This document shows positions 1 through 12,450 of a stretch of DNA of 64,000 bases, in pieces (position 1 is the stretch's first letter; every line of letters begins with the position of its first letter). The notes beneath the pieces are model-generated. The model had not been told where the DNA came from. It was given only the letters and a program-made list of their open reading frames with translations, and ran no database searches. The stretch comes from Mobula hypostoma (Eukaryota), in NCBI RefSeq assembly GCF_963921235.1, contig NC_086100.1, positions 204,912,001 through 204,976,000 on the forward strand, written 5' to 3'. A program made the position numbers and the translations under genes.

Positions 1-1205
1 GGTTTGGATGAATTCAAACACGAAATCAATTTTGGTGACAGTGCGAGATACACAGAACCTCAGCATCAGTGCCCAGACCCCGAGTGGTGGTGTGAAGTGT
101 CGGACATTGTGTACCGTTTAATCCAGGGCAAACTTCTCCCAGGGTGTTCAGTGCTGGTGACCACCCGCCCTTCTGCGTTACATTTATTGGAAAAGGCGGA
201 AATCGGTATATGGGCTGAAATCCTGGGATTTGTTGGTGAGGAACGGAAGGAATATTTCATCAGGCATTTTGAAGATCAGACGGTGGCAGTAGCTGTTTTC
301 CAACACGTGAAGGAGAACGAGATCCTGTACACCATGAGCTACAACCCGTCCTACTGCTGGATTCTCGCTCTGGCACTGAGTCCTTTCTTCACACAAAATG
401 TCAGGGACACGCAGCAAGTTCCAAAGACCATCACCCAACTATATTGCTACTATATTTACAACATCCTGAAAAACCACGGCCGTGAAATTGAGAGCCCCCG
501 TGATGTATTACTCAGAGTTGGTCAGATGGCCTTCAGAGGAGTGTCCGAAAAGAAAATTGTGTTTACAGGTGTAGATTTGATCAACTACGATCTGCAACCT
601 TCCCGATTCCTGTCCGGGTTCCTGATGGAGCTTTTGGAGAGAGAGATTTCTGTCCGGTGTGTGGTGTACACATTCCCACACCTCACCATCCAAGAGTTTG
701 TAGCTGCAATCGCACAATTCCTGAATCCACATCCCGGGGATATCCTGAAATCCCTCACTGAAGCTCACAACGCAACAGATGGGCGATTCGAGGTATTTCT
801 CCGTTTTGTTGCTGGTCTCTCCTCCCCAATCACAGCTCAGGGCCTGGAGGAATTTCGGGGTCCATTTCCTCATCAAACAATCTGCCGGGTGATTGACTGG
901 GTGAAGGAGGAGGTTAAACGCCAGAGCGAAAACACTGGGAGTGGACCTGGTAAAAAAAAAAGCCTCCTGAACACATTGCACTACCTGTTTGAGTCTCAGA
1001 ATCCTGGACTGTCTCAGGCCGCACTGGGATCTGTGGAAACACTTTCATTCAGTGGAATGACACTGACCCCGATTGACTGCGCTGTCCTGTCTCATGTCAT
1101 CGGATTCTGTGATACAATAAAACACCTCGACCTGGAGAAATGCCACATTCAGTGTGAAGAAATCCAGCGGCTGGGACCCGGGCTGCACAAGTGCCAGGAG
1201 TTGAG
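1..1205 (+). CDS. NLR (NLRC3/NLRP-like) gene, large NACHT exon, 5'-partial
   Basis: Opens at Walker-B GLDEF. Contains VLVTTRP (sensor 1), ILGF, FPHLTIQEFVAA (winged helix), FLRFVAGL and LHYLFESQ (HD2), then the first LRR. Donor AG|GTAAC at 1205/1206. Confidence 0.95.
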
Positions 1206-1729
1206 GTAACTTGATTTATCTCTCACTCTGAACTGTGAAACTGTTGCATTGTTCTGTTTCAATGTAAATGAATTTGGGTAAAACTGTAATAAATCATATT
1301 GTGAAGAATTGTGACAAATGAGCAGGGGATCGGTCAGTAATTCCCCAAAGACGGGAGGATTCTGTAATTCCTTGTGAAGAGACATTGGAGACCATCAGAT
1401 CAATGAACAACGGCCACTGGTTTAATGGTAGTAAATCACAGGAATGGCCGTGTTTCTCGCTGTCTGCGACAGGTCTATTGACAATGTTTCTTTTCACTGT
1501 TACTGACACCCAGGCCGGCACTGACTGCAGCAGGTGGGTCAGAATTTCACAGCATCTTCCTGCTGAGAGACTAGAGAGGTTCAGTGGACTGTCCTCGTGA
1601 GAGGCTGAGACAGAACTCTGTGAGATTGTCCTGACCTTGTCCTTCCCTGTGTGTGATTCTCATTATCGCTCCACTTGTGCGTATTTGCTCACTATCAGAT
1701 ACGCAGTCTACATATGAGCACCTCCTCTC

Positions 1730-3050
1730 CAGATTGTGGGCCTAACCCCTATCGCCTCTTCTTGAGGGATCATCGTTTCTTATCGCTAGCCTTCTGTGGG
1801 ATATCTCTGCTTCAGCCTCGCTCACCCCCGTCCTCCTGTTGGATCCCTCTTCCTCATCCCCTTCGTCCTGTGGATCTCTGTGCACCAATCCCCTTCTTCC
1901 TGTCCGAATTCTCTCCCACGCAGCTTTGCTCCCATTGAATCTCTCTTTCACACCCATTACATCCCGTGGGATCTCTCTGCACCACTCCACATCCTACTGA
2001 CGGAAAACTCTTCCCCATCCTCCTTCTTCCTATGGGATCTCTCTTCTCTCATTCCCCTTCATCCAGTCTGATGTCCCTTCCCCATCCTCCTTCCAACTGC
2101 CTGTTCTCTTTTCCACACCCTCCTTTTCCTGTGGGAACACCTATTCGCTTCATCCTCCGAGATCTCTCTGTAGTAATCCCTTTTCTTCCGACGGAACTTT
2201 CTTCGCCACTCCCCTCCATCCTGTCGAATCAAGCTCCCTCACCCCCTTTCTCCTGGCGGATGTCTGTTCCCCAGCTCCCTTCAGCCGTGGAATCTCTATG
2301 CCGCATCACTATCTTTCTGTGGGATCTCTTTCCAAGCCTAATTCCTCCTTATGGATCCCTATTCCACATCCTCCTTACTACAGCGGAATGTTCCTTCGCA
2401 TCCCACTTCCTCCTGTGGTATCACTCGTCCCCTTCACGCTGCGCCTTGTGGGACCGCCTTTCCCTATTCCACTTCCGACGGTCGGATCTTTCTTCCACAA
2501 GCCCTTACTCCGAGAATCTTTTTTGCGCATTCCCTTGAACCTGTCCGATCACACTTCCACGTCCCACTTCCCCTGTGGGATCTCTCTTTCGCATCTCCCT
2601 TCCTCCTGTCGAACCTCTGTTCCCATTCCTCTTCATCCTGAGGGAAGTAGCTCCTACATCCCCCTTCCCACAGTTGGAACTCACTTCCCTACCACTTCTT
2701 ATGGAGATCTGTCTTGCGCATCCCCTTCCATTTCACCGTTCTCTCTTCCCTAACCCACCCCTGTGGCATCTCTCTTCCCCATTCCCTTCCTCCTGAAGGG
2801 ATCGATCGTCCCACCTCTTCCTCCTATAAGATCTCCCTTCCCATCTCCCTTTTTCCTGTCGGACCTCTCTTTTCCGCCCCTTCCTCCAGTCGGATTTCTC
2901 TTCTCCATGCCCCTTTCTGCCGGTGGAATCTCTCTGCCTATTTATTTTATCCTGGTGTGGGAGTCTCTTCCACAATCGCCTTTGAACATCTTTCCATCCA
3001 ACACGCCTCTTCACCATGGGAATTTATCTAAACTTCAATCCTACTCCTTC
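1730..3050. repeat. Degenerate pyrimidine-rich ~32-bp minisatellite in NLR intron
   Basis: Recurring CTTCCTCCTGTGGGATCTCTCTTCCCCATCCC-like unit; GGATCT-like anchors spaced ~31-34 nt (e.g. 1872, 1937, 1969, 2035). Confidence 0.75.
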
Positions 3051-3316
3051 CGACGCTCACAGAACATGAATATCTCTCTAACCGTCGGGGAAGGAGACGG
3101 AATTTGTGGAGTTTACAGGGTCACAGCGACAGACTAAATTGCTGACATTCGGTGAACACCCGGGAGCTGGGCAGTGAGGGACACTGACAGTGATGGGAAC
3201 TCCGATCAGTGACTTACTGAAGGGTTTAATGTTTTCGGAAATATTCGAGTGGGAGAAATTCCATCAGACCCACGGATTGAATCACTTTGTTCATCAGTTT
3301 GTCTGTTTGTATTTAG

Positions 3317-3403
3317 ACTTGGGCTGAATCAACTGGGAGATTCAGGTGTGAAACTGGTGTCTGCGGCTCTGAGGAACCCGGAGTGTAAAATACAGAAACT
3401 GCG
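3317..3403 (+). CDS. NLR LRR exon (87 nt)
   Basis: TTTAG acceptor; encodes [34 protein letters not shown] donor; phase matches the NACHT exon. Confidence 0.9.
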
Positions 3404-3558
3404 GTAAGTACCAGACTGTGGGAGACTGTGTTTACAGTCACTGAGTGTCCGACACTGAACATTAATGTGATCAGTAATTGTGTTACTCATAAACACTGGG
3501 GATTTGTACCGTCTCCTGTCTCTCTGCGTTCTTCACCCACACTATCTGTCATCTCCAG

Positions 3559-3729
3559 GCTGATCAGTGTCGGTCTCGCAGATTCTGGAGCCAAGGATCT
3601 CGTCTCCGCTCTCAGTACAAACCGATCTCTCACGGAGCTGGACCTGAGTGTTAATAAACTGGGAGATTCAGGAGTGAAACTGGTATCTGCAGCTCTGAGG
3701 AACCCAGAGTGTAAAATACAGAAACTGTG
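3559..3729 (+). CDS. NLR LRR exon (171 nt)
   Basis: CTCCAG acceptor; encodes [62 protein letters not shown] donor. 171 nt is the typical RI-type LRR exon size. Confidence 0.92.
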
Positions 3730-3884
3730 GTATGTACCAGACTGTGGGAGACTGTGTTTACAGTCACTGGGTGTCTGACGCTGAACATTAGTGTGATAAG
3801 TAATTGTGTTACTGATAAACACTGGGGACTTGTAACGTCTCCTGTGTCTCTGTGTCCTTCACCCACACTCTCTCTCATCTCCAG

Positions 3885-4052
3885 GCTGAGTGGTGTCCGT
3901 CTCACAGATTCTGGTGCCGAGGATCTCGTCTCAGCTATCATTACAAACCGAATACTAACGCGGCTGAACCTGGGATCAAATTGGCTCACAGACCGATCTG
4001 TGCCTGCTCTTCGTCGCCTTATACTGGCACTCCCGAGTCTGGAGCGGCTTGT
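3885..4052 (+). CDS. NLR LRR exon (168 nt)
   Basis: CTCCAG acceptor; encodes LSGVRLTDSGAEDLVSAIITNRILTRLNLGSNWLTDRSVPALRRLILALPSLERL; GTAAGT donor. Confidence 0.9.
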
Positions 4053-4213
4053 GTAAGTGTTAAGATTCAATATGATTTAAAAAAAACAGCGGATCCGCGG
4101 GTTTTCTGGTGATATTTGTCTGTGAGTGTTGTTGAAACATTAATCCCAGTCCCCCGTTACTGACACTGTTGTGTCATCTGTTTATTTCATCTTTATTCTT
4201 CCATCTGTTTCAG

Positions 4214-4316
4214 GCTGGTGGAGAACCGGTTCAATCAAACCGGGAAGAATGAACTGACGTCTCTCCAGAAACCCGGACCCGGACTGAGCGTGATATTTGA
4301 CCATCGGGATATGTGA
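4214..4316 (+). CDS. NLR terminal coding exon
   Basis: Polypyrimidine tract plus TTTCAG acceptor; encodes LVENRFNQTGKNELTSLQKPGPGLSVIFDHRDM, then TGA at 4314-4316. Confidence 0.8.
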
Positions 4317-4934
4317 ACATTTTCGCCCACGGGATGGAGACATTCAGGCAGATTTCCCGGTTTTACCTTCAACGGTCGACTTTAATGGCCGCGCTCCAGA
4401 ATTAATTCCAATAGAATCCGACTCCAGCCGAGCGTGCTCCGACGTCAGAGGCAATACCGGAGCCGAGTGTTTCCGTCTGCAGTGTAGCGGCCCTGCTTCC
4501 GCCGGATGTCCTGGTGCAGGGTTCGCCAAGGGGAACCGGGGAATTACGCAGACCGGAATTACATAGGCGGCCATTGTCGCTCTGGGACACCACTGTCCCG
4601 GGTGGGGTTATCCGGGAAGGGGATCGTTTTTTCTCACTTTGGGCTGAGGACGGTATATTCGTCAGTCTTGCCGCTATACTGATGTTAAATTAACAAATAA
4701 CTCGGTAGTGACCCTGGATCTGCAGCGATCTCGGTCAGTGCCTTGATGTGTGATTTTATAATCATCGATTCCCCGATTCAGAGTGACGGTGAGAAACGGG
4801 ACTGATTACTCAACCTGTCTCTCGTTGTCGTCGGTCAGTTAATTGTGTGTGACTGTGTATGAATCGGGAGCTTATTTATACCCGTTTGTTAGCAACTCAT
4901 ACGTAGTTTAATTTACATTTGTCATGATGAAATC

Positions 4935-4992
4935 AATAAACCACCGTAACGTCCTGTGCTGGTGTCGGATGAGTCTTACTAGAGGAAATAAA
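4935..4992 (+). promoter_or_regulatory. Candidate polyadenylation signals of the NLR gene
   Basis: AATAAA at 4935-4940 and 4987-4992, ~620-670 nt after the stop codon. Confidence 0.5.
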
Positions 4993-5109
4993 CACAGAGC
5001 TGAGATTACTGCCGCCCCGCGCACTTAGTGCACTGTAACAGTGGTCCATATCTCTTCACAGCAAAGCAGAATCTCATTTCCAGCCTGATGAAAGTCAGTC
5101 TCACAGAGT

Positions 5110-5690
5110 CTGGTGTCCTCCCGCGCTCTCCTCCCTCGATGCCTCTCCCATTCTCTCCTCGTTTCCTAACCCGCGCTCTCTTCCCACCGCTCTCTCATCG
5201 CTACCCTCCCCACGCCCTCCAGCTCCCACCCGCGTGCTCAACTTGGATGCCTACCGCCTGGGGTCACTCTTCGCACCTACCACCGGCCTACCGTCCTTAT
5301 TTTCTCATCGCGCGCTCATCTTGCGCCCGCCACATCCTCGCTCTCTCGCTGCTGAACAATGTCAAACCCATCATAACTGCACAGCCCATTACCACCCATT
5401 GTCGCATCATCCCCAAGCCGACGAATATAGTACAGGATCTCGTCCTCCACCTCCGCAGACTCTGCGCTCTCCTCGCTCCCCACCACCACCCCGCACTCTG
5501 CACGCTCGAACCGCACCCCCCCCCCCCCGCCCCACCAATTGCGCTCTCCTCACTCGGCTGCCTTCCAGAACTCTCCTCGCTGAGGCCCGCACTCTCCCTG
5601 CGCCAGTCCCCCAAATCGCTCCCCCGCGCCCCAACTACCTCGAATTTCTCCCCACTCACAGCCTATAGCCCTCCATATTTCCGTCGTCCC
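5110..5690. repeat. C-rich low-complexity / degenerate repeat
   Basis: Repeated CGC(T/A)CTCTCCTCGC/CCCC motifs and a poly-C run around 5516-5528. Confidence 0.6.
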
Positions 5691-6660
5691 TGTGCTTATC
5701 TAAGAGTCTCTTAATTGTTCCTCATGCACCTGCCTCCATAACTACCCTCGGCAGGACATTCCTGTCTTCCCGCCTCACTGTGGAAAAAAAAACTTCCTCT
5801 GAATCTTCCTCCATTTAATGTAAAATTTTGTGCCTATATTAATACCTCTTTAAAATCCCTAATGTATCTGTCTCTACCACCATCCCAGGCAACGCATTCC
5901 AGGCACCAACCACACTGTGTTAAAAAGAAACCTCTCCCACCCCCTCCACCGCCCCCCCCCCATATCTCCATTGGAATTGCCCCATCTCACTTTAAATGTA
6001 TGCCCTCTATTGTTTGACATTTCAACTCTGGGAAAACTATCCTGTCTGTCTACTTTATCCATGCTTCTCATGAACTTATAAATCTCTACCCTCAATCTCC
6101 TCCCTTCCAGAGAAAATAGCCCAAGTTTATCCAACCTCTTGTTGTAGCCCATGCCCTGGTAAAAGTCTTCTGCACCCTCTTCAAAGCCTTGACATTCCAG
6201 TTCAAATTTCAACGTAAGATCTATTATCAGAGTGCCTACTTGTCACCACACATAACACTGCGTTTCTTTTTGTTGTGCGGGTATACTTAGCAAATCTCTT
6301 TTAAAACGACTCTGTGCATTCACCTGATCTATGTTCCATATTATTTTATACATGTCTAGAATATTGACTCTCATTCTCCCACCGTCCATGGAAAACACTC
6401 CTAAATTGCCCAACCTCTCTTTATTATTCATCCATTCATGGCCCGGCAACGACCTCGCAACTTTTCGGGTCGTATTTCCAGCTTAATGGCATCTTTCCAA
6501 ATGCATGAAGACAAAAATTAAACACGATTTTGAATGTGATTTCAAAAACAACATCGCGTACAACAGCTACAATACATCCCAAGTTCGATACTCGGTATAT
6601 TGACTGATAAAGGCTAGTGCGCCAAAAGGTGTCTTCATCACTACCTCCATCTGTGACCTT
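5690..6660 (-). mobile_element. Cluster of decayed CR1 LINE 3' fragments
   Basis: ORF 5874-6212 resembles the CR1 ORF2 C-terminus (RLDKLGLFSLEGRRLR...RGHTFKVR); a second copy in 6243-6449. Confidence 0.7.
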
Positions 6661-7079
6661 GTCCGAGACGCTGTCAGCTCATTGGGCGAAAATCCACCCA
6701 TGTTTGACCGACATGGAAACAGCTTTTTTTCTCGATATTCGAAGTCAATCTGCAGTATGTGGAGGACCAAGGATTTCCTGAGGCATTGCACAATTTGCCG
6801 CGTGGTAGGCTGGTGCACAACACCAGACATTACAGGACAGGGGGAGAAAAGTTAATAAGGACTGTTTATGTCAAAGACGACAGAGATGAAATGAACGAGT
6901 CTGTTTCTGGATGGGAGTATCTAACTACTGAGTGTCCCAGCGATCGGTTCTGGATGTTCAGTTCTTTACTATCAATATTAATGACATGAAGGAGGGGGCA
7001 GTTGAGGTATTAGCGTGTCCCAGTGAGTCGGGATCCTTGGGCCACCAATTATTAAATTGACATAAATTAAATCTGACAT

Positions 7080-8450
7080 TGGAACAGAATATGGTCATTG
7101 GCCCATATAGTCTGCTTCGCCATCCAATCATGGCTGATCATCTCCCCCGTCCTCAGCCCCACTCTCCTGCTTTCTCCCCTTAATCACTGATCCCGTGCCC
7201 AATCAAGAACCTATCAGTCTTTTGTATTAAATGACCCTACAACCTGTCCTCCGCAGCTGCCTCTGGTAATTAATTCTACAAATTCAGTATGCTCTGGCTA
7301 AAAAAAAATCCGCATCTGTTTTAAATGGACGCCCCTCTGTCATGAGGCTGTGCAGTCTTGTCCTAGACAACCCCACCATGGAAAACATAATTTCCATATC
7401 TGCTCTGTCGAGGCCTTTCAACATTAGAATCGTTGCAACGAGATCTCCCCATAACTTCTAAATTATAGCGAACAGTCATCAAACGTTCGTCGTATGTCAA
7501 TCCTGCTCATTCTGGGCATCCTATTTCTGATCCTCCTCTGACTCTTCTCCAATGCCAGCACATCGTATCTTAAATGAGCAGCCCAAAAGCGTCCACAACT
7601 CTCAAGGTGAGGCCTCACCTTTACCTTACAAAGCCTCAGCAAAACATCCCTGCTTTTCTATTCGAGAACTCCTGAAATGAATGCTAACATTGCATTTGCC
7701 CTCCTCACACTGACTCTACCTGGAAGTTAACCTTTTGTGAGGTCTGAACAAGGACTCCCAACAGCCAAAATCTCCCAAAATCTTTGTATCTAAGATTTCT
7801 TCGATTTTCTTCACTCAACCCACAAATATTCAACATCTTTACCACATTTTTCTAATTGTTTGATGCTATTCTTCACCAGCGGAGCCACGCCGCCTCCTAC
7901 ACCCCCCATCCTTCCAATACAACATGTAACTTGGACATTTAGCTCCCAACTACAACCACCTTTCAGCATGATTTAATGATGCCAAAATATCCAACCCGAC
8001 AATCTGTAATAGTGCAGCACCTTATTCCTTATACTCCGTGCGTTAAGTTATAACAGCATGAGTGCTGCATTTGCTACACTTTTTGAGTTTAATTCCAAAG
8101 GCATTAATATTCACCCTGCTTGCTGCAATTATCCTATCATCTGCCTGCCCTTCCTGACAGTCTGACTACACGCCCTCTTTGTTTTTTTTTACCATTTGTA
8201 CTATCCTGACTTCTTTCATCCATTTTTCAGCTTCCTAACAAATTAGTTAAAAACCCCTCCTAAACTGGTCCAACAAACTTGCCTGCGAGAATATTGTTCC
8301 CTCTCATGTTCCGGTGCAACCCGTCCATTTTGTACAGGTCAGACCACCCAGAGGAGGTCCTAATGATCTAAAGACCTGAAGCCCTATCCACTGCTAGAAC
8401 TTTTCAGCCACGCATTATCTGCTGAATTGCCCAGTTTCTAACCTGACTGG
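7080..8450 (-). mobile_element. Decayed, internally deleted CR1 LINE
   Basis: Resembles the CR1 3' UTR/RT C-terminus, endonuclease start and ORF1 end seen in better-preserved copies at 20.1-22.2 kb and 37.2-39.8 kb. Confidence 0.6.
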
Positions 8451-9672
8451 AACAGTAGTAATGCTCGGGATCAGAGCCTAAATAGTGATAGTAGCAAAGC
8501 AGATTAGAAAGTATGAGAGTACTGAAATACATTTTAAAAAGTTAATTGAAGACACATTCTGGACTATTCATTTGTTTGATATTTTCAGAAAGCAACCTGG
8601 TTACAAATTGGGAAGGGAGCTCTTCAGCCCGATTTACAATCTGCGCTCCATAACTACTGATGTTCTTCAAGTTTCTTTTGGATCTTTGGGGAAGCCCAGT
8701 CACAGTCGGGTGGTGTTAGAAGCGTGAGGAACATTGAAATATAAAGCACAACGTTGCAGAAGTAGGAAAATCAAACTAAAACATAAAACACTGGTTAGGT
8801 CAACTAAGAGAGAAACGAAGGCAATATTTCAGATGAAGCAACTGGCCCGATCCTTCACCCGTTTTAGCAAATGTAGCGAAATTCTGTCTCTGCAACAGAA
8901 ATCAATTCAATATCACTTTTCCTCTAAGAAGGTGTTAATTTGTGATAATTGAACAGAAATTATTATTTTTGCCGGAAATCCAAAGGAACACCAGATGTAA
9001 TAAGTTGGCAGTGATGCATAAATGGACAGGTACAAAAATAGTCGGACTGTGCTTCCACATGGAAATCACGGCCAAATACCTGGTGTCTGGTGGTAGGTAA
9101 TGGTCAGAAGAAACTGGATGAATTACAATCATTGTCCCTTCCCCCCAAATGTAAACTTGACTTTGTATGTTGTACGGGCTTCATTTGCAAGCCATAAGGG
9201 CATTTCGAACACCTGGACTTCCGTCCCAATTTCCATAACAGATATACTGAAAACGATAATCAGTTCCGACTTAGATATGGATTTCCTTTATTTGGCTTTT
9301 GGATACTTCAGCGCTAAAAGTGTGATGCATACATCCCGAACCCAATCAAGCCAAAACCCATAAGGCAGAAGTCAAAATATTTTCAAGACATCTATGGATA
9401 TCATATGATATATCAGCTTTACATTTGATAATTGATAAGTTCAGAGTCTTACAACATCGCATACGGACTTACGGTTCTGGTAACATGGTTTGAAAATAAG
9501 TTCTACTGTACCGCTGCAAGAGCTCCAACCACCGTATTTAATTTGGGTTGTCAAATTTTCCTTATTAAACAAATTAGTTTTACTCTTACTTGTTAAATAC
9601 CTGAATAGATAAATGAATGACATGTACTCCACTCCTAGAGTTCTTCATTCAAGTTGCAAACAGACATGCACG

Positions 9673-11471
9673 TTATCTACTGCACCGTCCATTTAGTGTG
9701 AACAGATATTTCACTCCATTTCTGAGCTCCTCTCTGAATTTTCTCTGGTAAGTGTGTAGATGCACGTGTTGGTGCAGGTACTGAGGAATTGCATGAGGAA
9801 CCCAACTTGTTGCAGGATTATTCAATAACTGGGTTATTCAAATATTTGTCTGTGTGAGAATAATTCTGCACTTACCAATTCATGGAGTGTACTACATAGG
9901 GAAACCACAGTAATATGAAATTGGCTGACAGGGCAAATAACAGAATCATGGACTTTCTCCGGTTCTTCAATTCTGGATCCTTCTGATCCGCGCTGTTGTT
10001 CCGGAAACCACGACGGACTCTGTTTGCCAAAATTATATGTCGAACTGTTAAAACATTAAACAATAGAATTAAACAAATCGGTAATAACGGTGTGAAGATA
10101 CTGTCAAATAGCTCGTAATCTTTCCACACTGATGACGTTAAATATTCAGACGTTAAGACACAGCGCCATGGATCGTTGTTTATTATGACCTCTGGCTCCA
10201 CTATAAAGTAAAACGGGACACACCTCGCACAGCACACTGCAACAACGGTCGCTATAACAGCTATCGCTTTTTCCTCCGTGCAGTATCGTTCGCGTAGTTA
10301 TTGACAACAAACGGCAACAAAACGATCGAAAGTGAAACCGACCGTGAGCCAAACGGAACAGTCCATGGTAGCAATTCTAAGTAGAAGTGTCAGAGCACAA
10401 ATCGGCGTTATGAACAAGAAATCCGCGTAGCTATAAATGAAATTAGCTTGCTCTACGATAGCCGTAACGATAACCACCATGAGATCCGCTGTTGCCATTC
10501 CCACCAAGTAACGTGTGATGCATTTCGAGAGTCCACACTTTCCCCGGGAAAGGATCACAATGGACATTATATTAACTGCAAGAATAAAGAAAACTGTAAT
10601 ATCAGCAAGTAACCCTGCTTGTTATTTGTTCTATAATGTGTAGTTAAATACTGATTGTTTCCAATTCTGCTGCACCAATACTGAGACAAGTCAGCATTGA
10701 ATCAATGAGTAGAAACTCAGTCCGCCACAGCTCCCCAGCTGCACAGCCGCAATCCGGATACACTCTTACACCGACATCCTTCCAAAATGATGGAGGAAAT
10801 CAGCTGCCAAGCAGAATCTGTGGGGAAAAAAACGTATAGTCGACGTTTCGGGCCGAGATCCTGCAGCATTGTGTGTGTGTTGATCTGCTTAGACTGTATC
10901 ACACCATCGGCAGGAAAAATAGGTCTGATCTATCAGATCAAAGATACTTAATCTGCAACCGACCTGATATCTTGAATATTTCTCTTCACCGCAAATCCAT
11001 ACGACGTGACGAGTATTTCCAGCATTTTCTGTTTTCAATTATTCCATCTTCTTCGTTGAGTTGTAACGTGAGGACTTAGTCGTTGTAATATTTTAGATAC
11101 ATTGATGGGAATTCAGGCATCGAGGAAGACATACCAGTAATGCTTCAGAAAGGTGAAATGCTAAAATACTGATAGCGATAGCAATGCCTTTCCCAGCACT
11201 AGTTATTTGAAACAGTTGAGAAAAGAATGAGATTCACATTTGAAGAATATATAAAAAATAAATTTTAAGATATACTCGTACAATCTAATAAACAGCGATC
11301 ACGACAGGCAGATCATGTCTCAGGGATCAAGCCGAATGTTCTGCAGCAGGTTCAGACAGAAGTTGTAACAGCAAAGAGAGAAGCCAGCTCTTGTATCTTA
11401 CCAAGTACACCGACCGCTGCAAGTACTGGATAGTAAATGCTCACTATGTAGTAAATCGCAGGATATCCCAT
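9673..11471 (-). pseudogene. GPR139/GPR142-like class A GPCR pseudogene, two exons
   Basis: Exon 1 (11471-11402) encodes MGYPAIYYIVSIYYPVLAAVGVL, then a GTAAG donor. Exon 2 (10575-9673) follows TTGCAG and encodes VNIMSIVILSRGKCGLSKCITRYLVGMATADL...FTFDRFVAVCCQ...NRRKSMILLF...STCTNTCIY...FREEL. In-frame TAA at 10298-10300 and 9872-9874; frameshifts near 9820 and 9746. Confidence 0.9.
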
Positions 11472-11649
11472 TTTCCACCTGAAGTCGCGATCAGTTGTAC
11501 AGGGCTTTCCAGTTATGCATATAAACTCTGCATTCGGTCAAACAGCCTTTTTACGCAGAAAATAGTGAGCTCGTTCAGCTAATTAGTATGAAAACTTCGT
11601 CACCACCATCAGCTACAGGTCGATGAACAATTACCACAGTCAGCATGGT

Positions 11650-12065
11650 CTATGTTTGCACATTGTGTCCCTCTTCAATGACTTCCGGTCCTCCGGGATA
11701 TTACAAGCAATTACTGTAATGTTGTTCGTTGAACATTTCAAAGCGGATTATGTAAAAACTATTCCTGTGACAATATTTTAGTTGTTGATTCTAGCATTTT
11801 ACCCAGTTTCGAATACCACGTCACCACAGGCGCTATGCGAACAAACAGATTCGAGCACTTTTACAAAAAAAGACTTGGTACTTACAAAGCAGTTCAACAC
11901 ACTGATCTTGGGTACTCTGACTACAGTTCCACAATGTTAATTCCAGCATACCAACCGCTGCTGAGAATATCAAATCCAGCCAATATAATCATTTCATCTA
12001 ATAAAGCAATCCGTATGCTTCAGGACTGTTTTGAACGAACGAACTGGCGGATGCCAAGGGGCCTG
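11650..12065 (+). mobile_element. Rex1/Babar-like LINE endonuclease-region fragment
   Basis: LGYSDYSSTMLIPAYQPLL...LQDCFERTNWRM resembles the SDH-region/linker of Rex1/Babar ORFs. Confidence 0.6.
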
Positions 12066-12074
12066 TCACAAACA

Positions 12075-12450
12075 GAGAATATAGAATACAGAACGTAGAA
12101 CAATACAGCAGGGAACGTCATTTGACCCATGATGTTCTCCCGATCCAGTTAAAAAGAGAATACAAAATCCGTACAACAAATCCCTTCTACCGGAACTATA
12201 TTCATTTCCCTCCATCTTCCTCATAGCCATGTGCCTATCTAAACGTCTCTTAATAGTTTCTAATTTAGTGGCCTCTATTAGCATAGCAAGCAATACAATG
12301 TACGCGTGCACCACCCTCTGAGAGAAAAAGGAAATAAAATAAATATAAAACCTTACAGAAATATCACTATTACACCTATGTCCTCTCACTTTAAATGCAC
12401 GCCAACTGGTATGAGACATTTCAACCCTGGGTGGAAAATTCCTCTAATTT
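12075..12450 (-). mobile_element. CR1 3' fragment
   Basis: FSQRVVHAY..L...LIEA...KRRLDRHM motif plus a TTCTA-type tail. Confidence 0.7.

Noticed and set aside
1730..3050. CRISPR-like periodic array
   Set aside because: Units are contiguous and degenerate with no repeat-spacer alternation, no cas genes, and a vertebrate context.
1675..3137. Many overlapping Pro/Ser/Leu-rich ORFs
   Set aside because: By-product of the stop-poor pyrimidine minisatellite inside the NLR intron.
4297..4593. ORFs after the NLR stop as an extra domain
   Set aside because: No PRY-SPRY or other motif; they lie in the GC-rich 3' UTR.
5028..5714. 228-aa and related ORFs
   Set aside because: Low-complexity C-rich DNA, non-ATG starts and no domain motifs.
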